Assembly: GCA_963749745.1 (NCBI GenBank)
Contig: CAVVNP010000007.1
Coordinates: 11,351-75,350, forward strand
Direction: 5' to 3'
From: an uncultured Acidimicrobiales bacterium
Lineage (GTDB): Bacteria > Actinomycetota > Acidimicrobiia > Acidimicrobiales > Iamiaceae
Length of the DNA stretch: 64,000 nucleotides
Every line of letters starts with the position of its first letter. Position 1 is the first letter of the stretch. This document shows positions 47,971 to 56,370 of the stretch, piece after piece. Made by a program: the position numbers and the translations under genes. The notes under the pieces are model-generated. The model did not search any database. It had not been told where the DNA came from and saw only the letters and a list, made by a program, of their open reading frames with translations.

Positions 47971-49011
47971 GTGGAACCCCTCGCCATCCGGTTGGTCGAC
48001 GATGAGGCGGAGGGCGGCGCGAGCGGGCTTGCAGGTGGCCGCCAGGGTGACCGGCTCCACCTGGGCGCTGCCGACCTCGCTCGAACCACGGGCTGGGAGC
48101 TGAAGCCGCAGGGCCTGTGCCGGGGTGACGTGTGCGTCCCGGTGCGGGACCGCAGTTCGCTCGAATCGGGAGGCTGGATCGATCTGCTCGCCGTGGCCGA
48201 CGCGACCGGGCACCCCATCGCCGTCGACGCCCCCACCGGGTTCGTCGCCGTCGGCACGCCCGCCGCCGAACGGGCGTCGGCGCTGGCGACGCTGGAGGCG
48301 CCCGATGTCAGGCTGCCGACGGTCGGCGGCGGTGAGGCAGGCGTGCGGGACCTGTCCGGGCGGAAGCGGCTGGTGGTCTCCTTCGCCTCCTGGTGCGGGT
48401 GCCGCCACGACCTGGGCGCCTGGCAGGCCCTGCACGAGCGGTGGGCAGAGGACGGCTTCTCGGTGGTCGGCGTCGCCGTGGACCAGCGCCCCGAGGATGT
48501 GCAGCCGTGGATCGACGAGGCCGGTGCCACCTTCCCCGTGCTCCTCGACGCCGATCATCGCTTCGTCGATGCCTACGGCATCGTCAACGTGCCCACCGTG
48601 GTGTGGGTCGACGAGGAGGACCGGATCGTGCAGCCGAACCGGCCCGCCTTCGGCGACGACCAGTTCGTGGAGTTCCACGGCGTGCCCTCCGCCCCCCACC
48701 TCGAAGCGCTGGAGCGGTGGGTCGTCGACGGCGAGGAGCCCTTCCCGGACGCATCCGCGGTGCGCGACGCCCAACCGCTTCCCGATGCCCGGGCGCAGCA
48801 GGCTCGCACCGAGTTCCGGCTGGCCCTCGCCCTGCACCGCGCCGGTGAGTCCGACGCCGCCGCCTCCCACTTCGCCGAGGCGGGCAGGCTGGCCCCCTTC
48901 GACTTCACCATCCGGCGGGCGGCCATGCCGTTGCAGGGACAGGACCCGTTCGGTGAGCCCTTCTTCGAGCTCTACGACGAGTGGGCCGCGGCCGGGCGCC
49001 CGTACCACTGA
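47971..49011 (+). CDS. TlpA/ResA-like redoxin-domain protein with unassigned N- and C-terminal regions
   Basis: Thioredoxin fold with a WCGC motif (SFASWCGCRHD). The GTG 47971 start is inferred because the ORF upstream of it overlaps the divergent carboxylase gene. Confidence 0.7.
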   Translation: MEPLAIRLVDDEAEGGASGLAGGRQGDRLHLGAADLARTTGWELKPQGLCRGDVCVPVRDRSSLESGGWIDLLAVADATGHPIAVDAPTGFVAVGTPAAERASALATLEAPDVRLPTVGGGEAGVRDLSGRKRLVVSFASWCGCRHDLGAWQALHERWAEDGFSVVGVAVDQRPEDVQPWIDEAGATFPVLLDADHRFVDAYGIVNVPTVVWVDEEDRIVQPNRPAFGDDQFVEFHGVPSAPHLEALERWVVDGEEPFPDASAVRDAQPLPDARAQQARTEFRLALALHRAGESDAAASHFAEAGRLAPFDFTIRRAAMPLQGQDPFGEPFFELYDEWAAAGRPYH

Positions 49012-49021
49012 GCCCGGTTGC

Positions 49022-49934
49022 TCAGCGGTTGAGGGGCTCGGAGTGGTCCCAGTCGGCCAGGAGGGTGCGCAGGGCGGTGAGCAGCAGCAGCGGTTCGTCG
49101 AGCATGGCGTGGTGGCCGGCCTCGGGGATCTCGACGACCGGCGCCACCCGGCCGAGTCGTTCGTACATGGCGTCGCCGATGTCCTTGGTGACGAGGCCGT
49201 TCTCCGAGCGGAGCAGCGCGAACCGGCAGGTGACCTGTTCCAGGTAGGGCAGGGCGATGCCGCGCATGCCGGTCGAGAACTGGCGTGAACACGTTTCGAT
49301 CGAACTTCCAGCGCCAGCCCCCGTCGACCCGCTTCAACGAGTGGCGGGCCACGTTCTCGGTGACGTAGGGCAGGTAGTGGGCCTGGGCGGGCACGGTGCG
49401 GAACCGGGCGAGCGCCTCGTCGAGGTCCGCGTAGGTGCGGCCCTCGCCGCCGAAGGCCTTGCGCACGTTGTAGGCGCCCACCTCCGGGTCGGGCTCGGTG
49501 ACCGGTGAGTCGCAGACGACGGCACCGGCCAACACGTCGGGGTGCAGCGCCGCCGTGCCGATGGTGACGAAGCCGCCCATGCTGTGGCCGATCACCACCG
49601 GCGGGCCGGCCACGCCCCCCGCCTCCGCCACCGCCACCACCTCACTGGTCCAGGTCTCCAGGGAGTAGTGCTCGCGGTGGGCGCTGTCGCCGTGACCGGA
49701 AAGGTCGACCGCCAGGACCCGGAACTGGCCGGCGAAGGTGGCGGCCACGTGGCTCCACCAGTGGGCGTGGGCGCCGCCGCCGTGCACGAACACCAGCCCC
49801 CGCCGCCCGGGCCGCCCCCAGGCCAGGTAGTGGATGGGACACCCGTCGACCGTGACGCGCTCGTCGGTGAAGGGCACCGACAGCGCCCGTTCGAACCACG
49901 CCGGCGCCGGAACGGCCGGCGCTTCGGCGTCCAC
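49022..49934 (-). pseudogene. alpha/beta hydrolase, one +1 frameshift (~49268)
   Basis: LVFVHGGGAHAHWW and nucleophile elbow GHSMGG, up to KFDRNVFTPVLDR. It continues in the next frame with MRGIALPYLEQVTCRFALLRSENG...EAGHHAMLDEP. Confidence 0.85.
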
Positions 49935-49936
49935 CG

Positions 49937-50341
49937 TCAGGCCGCGTTGCGGGGCTCGGTCGCCACCATGAGCAGGCCGCCGAGCATGGCCAGGTTCTTG
50001 TCGAAGTGGACCCGCTGCATGGTGCGCTGCTGCGGGTCGTCCTCGTTCCAGAACGGGTGGCCGGCCAGCGTGGTCGGGACCAGCGATCCGGCCAGCGCCA
50101 GGGCCGCCAGCCGCGTGAACCGCCCGGTGGCCAGCAGCAGGCCGGCGCCCACCTGCACCCCGGCGTTCACCTTGACCGCCACGCCGGGATCCGACGGCAC
50201 GGCGGGGACGACCGACGACAGGGCCTCCACGGTCGACTCGGCCTTCTCGGGCCGGCGGCCCGGGTTGCGGAGCGCCTCGATGCCGCCATGGATGAACATC
50301 CAGGCGAGCAGCGGTCGGATCAGGGAGCGGATGAACGTCAT
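49937..50341 (-). CDS. DoxX family membrane protein
   Basis: 134 aa: MTFIRSLIRPLLAWMFIHGGIEAL...HPFWNE...FDKNLAMLGGLL. Confidence 0.8.
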   Translation of the reverse strand: MTFIRSLIRPLLAWMFIHGGIEALRNPGRRPEKAESTVEALSSVVPAVPSDPGVAVKVNAGVQVGAGLLLATGRFTRLAALALAGSLVPTTLAGHPFWNEDDPQQRTMQRVHFDKNLAMLGGLLMVATEPRNAA

Positions 50342-50414
50342 CGGGCGATGTTGCCAGAGCGGTCCGGTCGCTGCAGCCGTCGGGGCGCGGCCGGGCGGGG
50401 TGCGTCGGGCCTCG

Positions 50415-51962
50415 TCACAACAGGTCGCGCACCGCGTCGATGGTGTCGGCGTCGTCCGGTTCCTTGTCCTCGCGGTAGCGGCGTATCCGGGCGAAGCGGA
50501 GGGCCACGCCGCCGGGGTACCGGGTCGAGCGCTGCACCCCGTCGAGGGCGACCTCGGCCACCAGCTCGGGCCGGACGTGCACGACGTAGCTCTCACGGGA
50601 GACCGCACGGGCCAGGAGCTGCTCGGTCTGCCAGGTGAGCAGGGCGTCGGTCAGGCCCTTGAACGTCTTGCCCACCATGACGAACCCGCCGTCCGGATCG
50701 GTGCTGCGGGCGCCGAGGTGCAGGTTCGAGAGCCAGCCCTGGCGGCGGCCGTGGCCCCACTCGGCGGCCAGCACCACCAGGTCCAGTGTCTTGACCGGCT
50801 TCACCTTCCGCCAGTTCTTGCCCCGCCGCCCGGCCTCGTACCGGGAGGCCAGCGCCTTCACGACGACGCCTTCGTGGCCGGCCGCCAACGAGGCACCCGC
50901 CACCGACGCCGCCACGCCGGGATCGTCGGTGCTCGTGGCGGGGACGGCCAGGGCGCCGACGAGCTGCTCCAACGCCGAACGCCGCTCGGTCAGTGGTCGG
51001 TCGAGCAGGTCCTCACCTTCGAGGTGGAGCAGGTCGAAGAAGCGCGGTACCAGGGTCGAGCCGGCTTCGCCGTCGTGGGCGCCGGCACGGGACATGGTGT
51101 CCTGGAAGAGGTCGGGCCGATCGTCCCCGCCCAGCCCGATGGCCTCCCCGTCGAGGACGAACCGGTCCGCGCCGAAGGATCGGGCCAGCCCCACGACCCC
51201 CGGCAGTCGATCGGTGATGTCGTTGAGGTTCCGGGTGAAGACCCAGACCTGGTCGCCCTCGCGGTGCACCTGGACGCGGATGCCGTCCAGCTTCCACTCC
51301 ACCGACGACGGGCCGCACGCCGCCAGCGCGGTGGCCACATCAGCGGCGGTGCCGGCCAGCATGGGCTGGAGCGGCCGGCCGACGGTGAGCCCGATGGCGG
51401 CCAGCGCCGGCCGGCCTCCGTCGCGGGCCAGAGCGGCCACCGCCGCCAGATCGCCGGACAGCATCGTCGCCCGCCGGACCACGGCCTGTGGGATGCCCGT
51501 CGCCCTGGCCACGGCGTCGGCGACCAACGAGGCGAGGGCGCCGTGGCGCAGCTCACCGCTGAGCACCCGCCGGGTGAAGTCGGCCTCGGCCGCCGTCGTG
51601 CGGGAGAGGAGCGTGGCCAGCTCGCCGGTGCGGAACCGCCCCGAGCCCGGCCCGCTGGCCGCCGCCAGGCGGCTCAGCACCCCGTCCAGCTCAGTGATGG
51701 TCACCGAGGGCTCGTCGGCGGGGGACACCTCGACGCTGCTCACCGTCGCCCACCCCACGCCGATCGGGCCCTGCCGGGTCTCGCCGGCCAGCAGCCCCAC
51801 CGCCACGGCCAGCTCGTCACCGGCGTCCGCTCCCGGATCCCGCTCGACCTCCCCGGCGGCCGTCAGCCGGGTGAACAGGTCGGCGAGCAGGGCGACCTTC
51901 TCGGTCCGCTTGGTGGTCGCCGCCACCGCATCGGCGGTGGCGACCAGCTCGGCCAGCAACAT
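50415..51962 (-). CDS. ligB: ATP-dependent DNA ligase (LigB/Lig1 type with N-terminal DNA-binding domain)
   Basis: 515 aa. Adenylation motif VEWKLDGIRVQVH, then LDGEAI, FFDLLHL, EGVVVK and NWRKVKP. Confidence 0.88.
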   Translation of the reverse strand: MLLAELVATADAVAATTKRTEKVALLADLFTRLTAAGEVERDPGADAGDELAVAVGLLAGETRQGPIGVGWATVSSVEVSPADEPSVTITELDGVLSRLAAASGPGSGRFRTGELATLLSRTTAAEADFTRRVLSGELRHGALASLVADAVARATGIPQAVVRRATMLSGDLAAVAALARDGGRPALAAIGLTVGRPLQPMLAGTAADVATALAACGPSSVEWKLDGIRVQVHREGDQVWVFTRNLNDITDRLPGVVGLARSFGADRFVLDGEAIGLGGDDRPDLFQDTMSRAGAHDGEAGSTLVPRFFDLLHLEGEDLLDRPLTERRSALEQLVGALAVPATSTDDPGVAASVAGASLAAGHEGVVVKALASRYEAGRRGKNWRKVKPVKTLDLVVLAAEWGHGRRQGWLSNLHLGARSTDPDGGFVMVGKTFKGLTDALLTWQTEQLLARAVSRESYVVHVRPELVAEVALDGVQRSTRYPGGVALRFARIRRYREDKEPDDADTIDAVRDLL

Positions 51963-52048
51963 GGCCGGACGGTAGCGAGTGGGTCGGGCCCGACCGGACA
52001 GACGTGGTGCTCACACTTTCCCAACACCGGGCCCGTAGCGTCGTCGCC

Positions 52049-52945
52049 ATGGAGCAGCGCTTCGCCCACCTGCCCCCGCCGCCCGTGGCCGCGGAGGCAC
52101 CGGGTCGCCCCGACGGGTCCACCGCCGCCGGTGTGGGACTGACCCTCGGAACCCTCCTGCTCCTACTGGTCGCACTGGCCGTCAACAGCCGGATCCTCTT
52201 CGGGCTCGTGGTCGGCGCCGCCATCTTCGTCCCGCTGGAGCGGCTCATCGGCCTGCACCCGCAGCGGGTCTTCCGCCACGGTTGGCGCACCGACGTCGTG
52301 CACCTCATCGCCAACCAGCTCCTCACCCTGGTGGGCCTGGTGCTCGGTGTGATCGCGGTCGGGCTGCTGGCCCACGCCGCCACTCCTTCCGCGGTCCGCA
52401 GCGCCGTCGCCGGCCAGCCCGCCTGGCTGCAGTTCACCGAAGCCCTGCTGTTGACCGAGCTCATCGCCTACTGGGTGCACCGTGCGTCGCACCGGGTCCC
52501 CTGGCTCTGGCGGTTCCACAAGGTGCACCACGCCATCGCCGAGATGGACTGGTTGGCCGCCGGCCACCTGCACCCGATCGACCAGACCATCATGCGGACC
52601 GCCGTGGTGGTGCCGCTGTACGCGCTCGGGTTCTCGAAGGCCACCTTCGGTGCCTTCCTCGCCGTGCAGACGTTCCTGGCCATCTTCAACCACGCCAACG
52701 TCCGGGCCCGCTTCGGTCCGCTGCGGCACGTGATCGTCACCCCCCAGTACCACCACTGGCACCACGCCGACCATCCCGAGGCCCACGGCAAGAACCTGGG
52801 CCTCCCGGTGTTCGACCGGATGTTCGGCACCCGGTACCTCCCGGACTCCTGGCCCACGCGCTACGGCGTCTCCGAGCCCCAGCCCGACGGCTACCTGCGC
52901 CAGCTCGCCTGGCCGTTCCGGGCGCCGGTGCCCTCCTCGTTCTGA
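52049..52945 (+). CDS. fatty acid hydroxylase/sterol desaturase family protein
   Basis: Histidine boxes HRASH, HKVHH and HHWHH in a membrane protein. GTG 52004 is an alternative start. Confidence 0.82.
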   Translation: MEQRFAHLPPPPVAAEAPGRPDGSTAAGVGLTLGTLLLLLVALAVNSRILFGLVVGAAIFVPLERLIGLHPQRVFRHGWRTDVVHLIANQLLTLVGLVLGVIAVGLLAHAATPSAVRSAVAGQPAWLQFTEALLLTELIAYWVHRASHRVPWLWRFHKVHHAIAEMDWLAAGHLHPIDQTIMRTAVVVPLYALGFSKATFGAFLAVQTFLAIFNHANVRARFGPLRHVIVTPQYHHWHHADHPEAHGKNLGLPVFDRMFGTRYLPDSWPTRYGVSEPQPDGYLRQLAWPFRAPVPSSF

Positions 52946-53037
52946 TCCCGGCGTCGCCGGCAACGGGGGTCAGGTCGGGTCGCCCGGCGCAGCATCGCCC
53001 GAGCGTGGCTCCCCGTCGACGGCGCGACGATCGGCGG

Positions 53038-53661
53038 TCACGGCCGATCGAGGAGGTCGAGGCTCGCCAACCAGGCCCGGAACCGGTCGAGGTCCTCGTA
53101 GCGGTGGGCGGCCATCCCGGCCTGCAGGGCACCGCGGACGTGGCGCTCGGCGTCGTCCACGAACGCGGCCTCGCCCGGAGACACCCGGTACTGGTCGGCC
53201 ATGGCCAGGTACACCGCCGGGTCGGGCTTGAGGACCCCGTACTCGGCGGCGACGTGGATGGTCATCCCCGGCATCGCCACCAGCTCCGGCATGATCCGGG
53301 GCATCTCCTCCTTCAGCAGCAGGCTGTTGTTCGACAGCGTGACCGCCTGCGTGCGCACGGCCGCTTCGGTGCACGCCGCCAGCTCGCCGATCATGGGCTC
53401 GGTGCAGGCGATGCGGGCCTGCACCCACGTCTCGCGGTCCAAGCTGCGGTCCAGCTCGTGGCCGACCGCCGCCAGGTACTCCTCGGTGGTCAGCTCGCCG
53501 GCGTCGGCCCGGTCCTCGATCCCGCTGGCGAACAGGGCATCGTCGACCGCCTGCGGCTCCACGTCGAGCGACGCGGCCAGCTCCCGGATGCGCCGATCAC
53601 GGTCGTAGTCGTAGAGCACACCGTCGACGTCGACGATCAGCAGGCGGACCGGCGGCGTCAC
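53038..53661 (-). CDS. HAD family hydrolase
   Basis: DVDGV motif I (LLIVDVDGVLY), KPD motif and FVDD motif. Confidence 0.82.
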   Translation of the reverse strand: MTPPVRLLIVDVDGVLYDYDRDRRIRELAASLDVEPQAVDDALFASGIEDRADAGELTTEEYLAAVGHELDRSLDRETWVQARIACTEPMIGELAACTEAAVRTQAVTLSNNSLLLKEEMPRIMPELVAMPGMTIHVAAEYGVLKPDPAVYLAMADQYRVSPGEAAFVDDAERHVRGALQAGMAAHRYEDLDRFRAWLASLDLLDRP

Positions 53662-53679
53662 TGCCCCATCGTCGCCGGG

Positions 53680-54777
53680 TCAGGAGGCGAGTCGCTCGGA
53701 GGCGTCGGCCAGGCGCCGGTCCACGAAGGCGCCGACGCCCTCGCGCACACGGTGGCTGGCCTCGGCCCAGGGCATCAGGATGGGGAAGACGTGGAACATG
53801 CCCGGCTCCTCCACGGCGGTGTGGTCGACACCCTCCTCGGCGAGGCGGCCCACGAACCGGCGGATGGCGTCGCGGAACATCTCGTCGCCGCCCCAGGCGA
53901 CGAACACCGGTGGGAACGACGACAGGTCGGCCTCGTCGCTGTCGACCAGGTTCCGGGCCGCCTCGTTGCCGTGCAGGTAGGCGGTGGTGGGGATGTTCCA
54001 CGGCAGCAGGTCCCGGCCGGCGTTCTCGGTGACCGACGGTTCGTCGAGCTGCAGGTCGACCTCGGGGGAGAACAGGATCAGCCCGGCCGGGACGATCTCG
54101 GCGGCGGCGAAGGGCGTCGACAGCAGCAAGGAGTTGGCCAGGCCGCCGCCGCCCGAGTCTCCGGCCACGAAGAGCCGGTCCGGCGGGGTGCCCGTGGCCA
54201 CGAGCCCGGCCACGACGGCCGCCGCATCCTCGACGCCGGCGGGGAAGGGGAACTCCGGCGCCAGCCGGTAGTCGGCGACGAACACCGCGCAGCCGGTCGA
54301 CCGGCACAGGTGCGCCGTCGAATAGGCGTACATGGTCGGCGACGTGCCGATGTAGCCCCCGCCGTGCAGGTAGAGGATCACGCCCCGGGCCCCGCCGGGA
54401 GCGCCGACCGGCGCGTCGGTGGCGCCCGGCGGGTCGTACCAGAGGCCGGGGACGTCCCCGATCAGGCGGCGCCTGCTGCGCACGCCCTGGCGGCCGACCA
54501 CCGGCGGCATGACCACCCGGCACACGTCGTCGAGGACCTTCTCGATGCTCCGGAACTCCTCGATCGGCAGCGACATGGCGTTGCTCATCAGGGTGCGCAC
54601 CACCTCCCGGGTCAGTGCGGCAGCGGTGTTGGGCAACGGGGCCGACGGTCCCCGCCACGGCTGGCGGAACGGGACCCGGGCCAGCGCGTTGACGAGCTGC
54701 TCGGCCAGCCCGAGGGTGTCGACGGCGGCGATCGGCCACGCCGCGGTGGCGACGTCGGGCCGGTCGGCCATCACCAT
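53680..54777 (-). CDS. alpha/beta hydrolase fold-3 esterase/lipase (HSL family)
   Basis: Oxyanion motif HGGGY and nucleophile elbow GDSGGG. 365 aa. Confidence 0.85.
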   Translation of the reverse strand: MVMADRPDVATAAWPIAAVDTLGLAEQLVNALARVPFRQPWRGPSAPLPNTAAALTREVVRTLMSNAMSLPIEEFRSIEKVLDDVCRVVMPPVVGRQGVRSRRRLIGDVPGLWYDPPGATDAPVGAPGGARGVILYLHGGGYIGTSPTMYAYSTAHLCRSTGCAVFVADYRLAPEFPFPAGVEDAAAVVAGLVATGTPPDRLFVAGDSGGGGLANSLLLSTPFAAAEIVPAGLILFSPEVDLQLDEPSVTENAGRDLLPWNIPTTAYLHGNEAARNLVDSDEADLSSFPPVFVAWGGDEMFRDAIRRFVGRLAEEGVDHTAVEEPGMFHVFPILMPWAEASHRVREGVGAFVDRRLADASERLAS

Positions 54778-54802
54778 GTCATGGCCTCGTCCAGGGAGCG
54801 CC

Positions 54803-56128
54803 TCAACCGTTCTTGGGCAGGTCGCGGAACGCGGTCGTCCGATCCTGGTTCGGCTCCTTGGGCAGGCCCAGCACCCGTTCGCCGATGATGTTGCGCTGGA
54901 TCTGGTCGGTGCCGCCGTAGATCGGGGGCGCCTGCGCGAAGAGGGCCAGCGACGTGATCATGCTCAGGTACGGGTTCCCGACGGCGTCGTCGATCACCTT
55001 GCGGTCGTCGGCTTCGTACGCGTGGAGCGTGCCCGCCGGGCCGACGATCTGCAGGCCGAGGTCGCGGGCCAGCCGCATGATCTCGCTCATGGAGAGCTTG
55101 GCGATGTTGCCGATGCCCGGAAGGTCGACGCCGGCGGCCCGTGCCGCCTTGGCCCGCAGCCCGTTGTACCGGCCGATCTCGCCCAGCGTGTGCAGTCGGG
55201 CCAGCGACTGGCGCAGCACCGGGTCGTCGCCCTTCCCGGCGGCCCGCGCCAGGGTCGCCATGAAGGTGGCGCTGGTGGCCGAGCCGACCAGGACCGATTC
55301 GTCCTGGGCGGCGGCGCCCCTGCTCTGGGAGGTGCCGACGAAGTCGCCGGCTCGCCGCTCGAGGTGGCCGGCGACCGTGCCGGGCAGGGCCGACGTCCCC
55401 GCCCCGCCGCCACCGGCGCCGAGTCCGGCGCGCTCGAACATGAGCGTGCTGTTGGCGACCGCCCATCCGTTGTTCAGGTCACCGATGCGGTCGGCGTCGG
55501 AGACCACGGCGTCGGTCAGGAAGACCTCGTTGAACAGGGCGCGGCCGGTGAGCTCCCGCAGCGGACGGACCTCGACGCCGGGCTGGTGCATGCCGATGGC
55601 GAAGTAGGTGATGCCCTGGTGCTTGGGTACGTCGGGGTCGGTGCGGGCGATGAGCATGCCGATGTCGGCGTACTGGCCGCCGGAGGTCCAGACCTTCTGC
55701 CCGTTCACGATCCACTCGTCGCCGTCGGCCACGGCGCGGGCCTGGAGCCCGGCCAGGTCCGACCCGGCGCCGGGCTCGCTGAACAGCTGGCACCAGGCCT
55801 GCTGCCCGGTCACGATCTGCTTGACGTAGCGATCGATCTGCTCCTGGGTGCCGTGGGTGGCGATGGTCGGCGCCGCCAGCAGCAGGCCGAGCCCGCCCGG
55901 AGCGGGCAGCGCCCCGTGGGCCGCGATCTGGCGGGCGGCGGTGACCGCGTCGTTGCGGGACAGGTCGCGGCCGTAGGCGTTCTCCGGCAGCGTCGGCGCC
56001 GACCAGCCGGCCAGGCCCAGCTTCTCCCACCACTCCCCGACGGTCAGGTCCGGATCCCAGTTGGCATCGAGCCAGGACTGCAGCTCGGTCTCCGTCTCGG
56101 TCGCCGTCGTCCGGTCTGTCACGGTCAT
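54803..56128 (-). CDS. acyl-CoA dehydrogenase family protein
   Basis: WCQLFSEPGAGSDLAGL, WIVNGQKVWTSGG and C-terminal IYGGTDQIQRNIIGERVLGLP. The ATG 56128 start was chosen. Confidence 0.88.
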   Translation of the reverse strand: MTVTDRTTATETETELQSWLDANWDPDLTVGEWWEKLGLAGWSAPTLPENAYGRDLSRNDAVTAARQIAAHGALPAPGGLGLLLAAPTIATHGTQEQIDRYVKQIVTGQQAWCQLFSEPGAGSDLAGLQARAVADGDEWIVNGQKVWTSGGQYADIGMLIARTDPDVPKHQGITYFAIGMHQPGVEVRPLRELTGRALFNEVFLTDAVVSDADRIGDLNNGWAVANSTLMFERAGLGAGGGGAGTSALPGTVAGHLERRAGDFVGTSQSRGAAAQDESVLVGSATSATFMATLARAAGKGDDPVLRQSLARLHTLGEIGRYNGLRAKAARAAGVDLPGIGNIAKLSMSEIMRLARDLGLQIVGPAGTLHAYEADDRKVIDDAVGNPYLSMITSLALFAQAPPIYGGTDQIQRNIIGERVLGLPKEPNQDRTTAFRDLPKNG

Positions 56129-56370
56129 CGTTCGATCCTCCTGCGCTGGGCGTCCACCTGGAAGCTTGCCAGCCCCGACGCTGCGTCGCCCGGTCCGTGG
56201 GTCCGGTGCGGGCCCCGCCCGGGCCCGCCGATCGGGTCCGTTGCTGTGCCGGATGTCTCCGGCCGACTCCTTGTTGGGCCGTCGTCCGGACCGGTACCGT
56301 CGGCCGTCACCGGGACTCACGATGCGACGGCGCGGCGAGGCCTCGCCGGTGCCCGGAGTGAGGAGATCAG

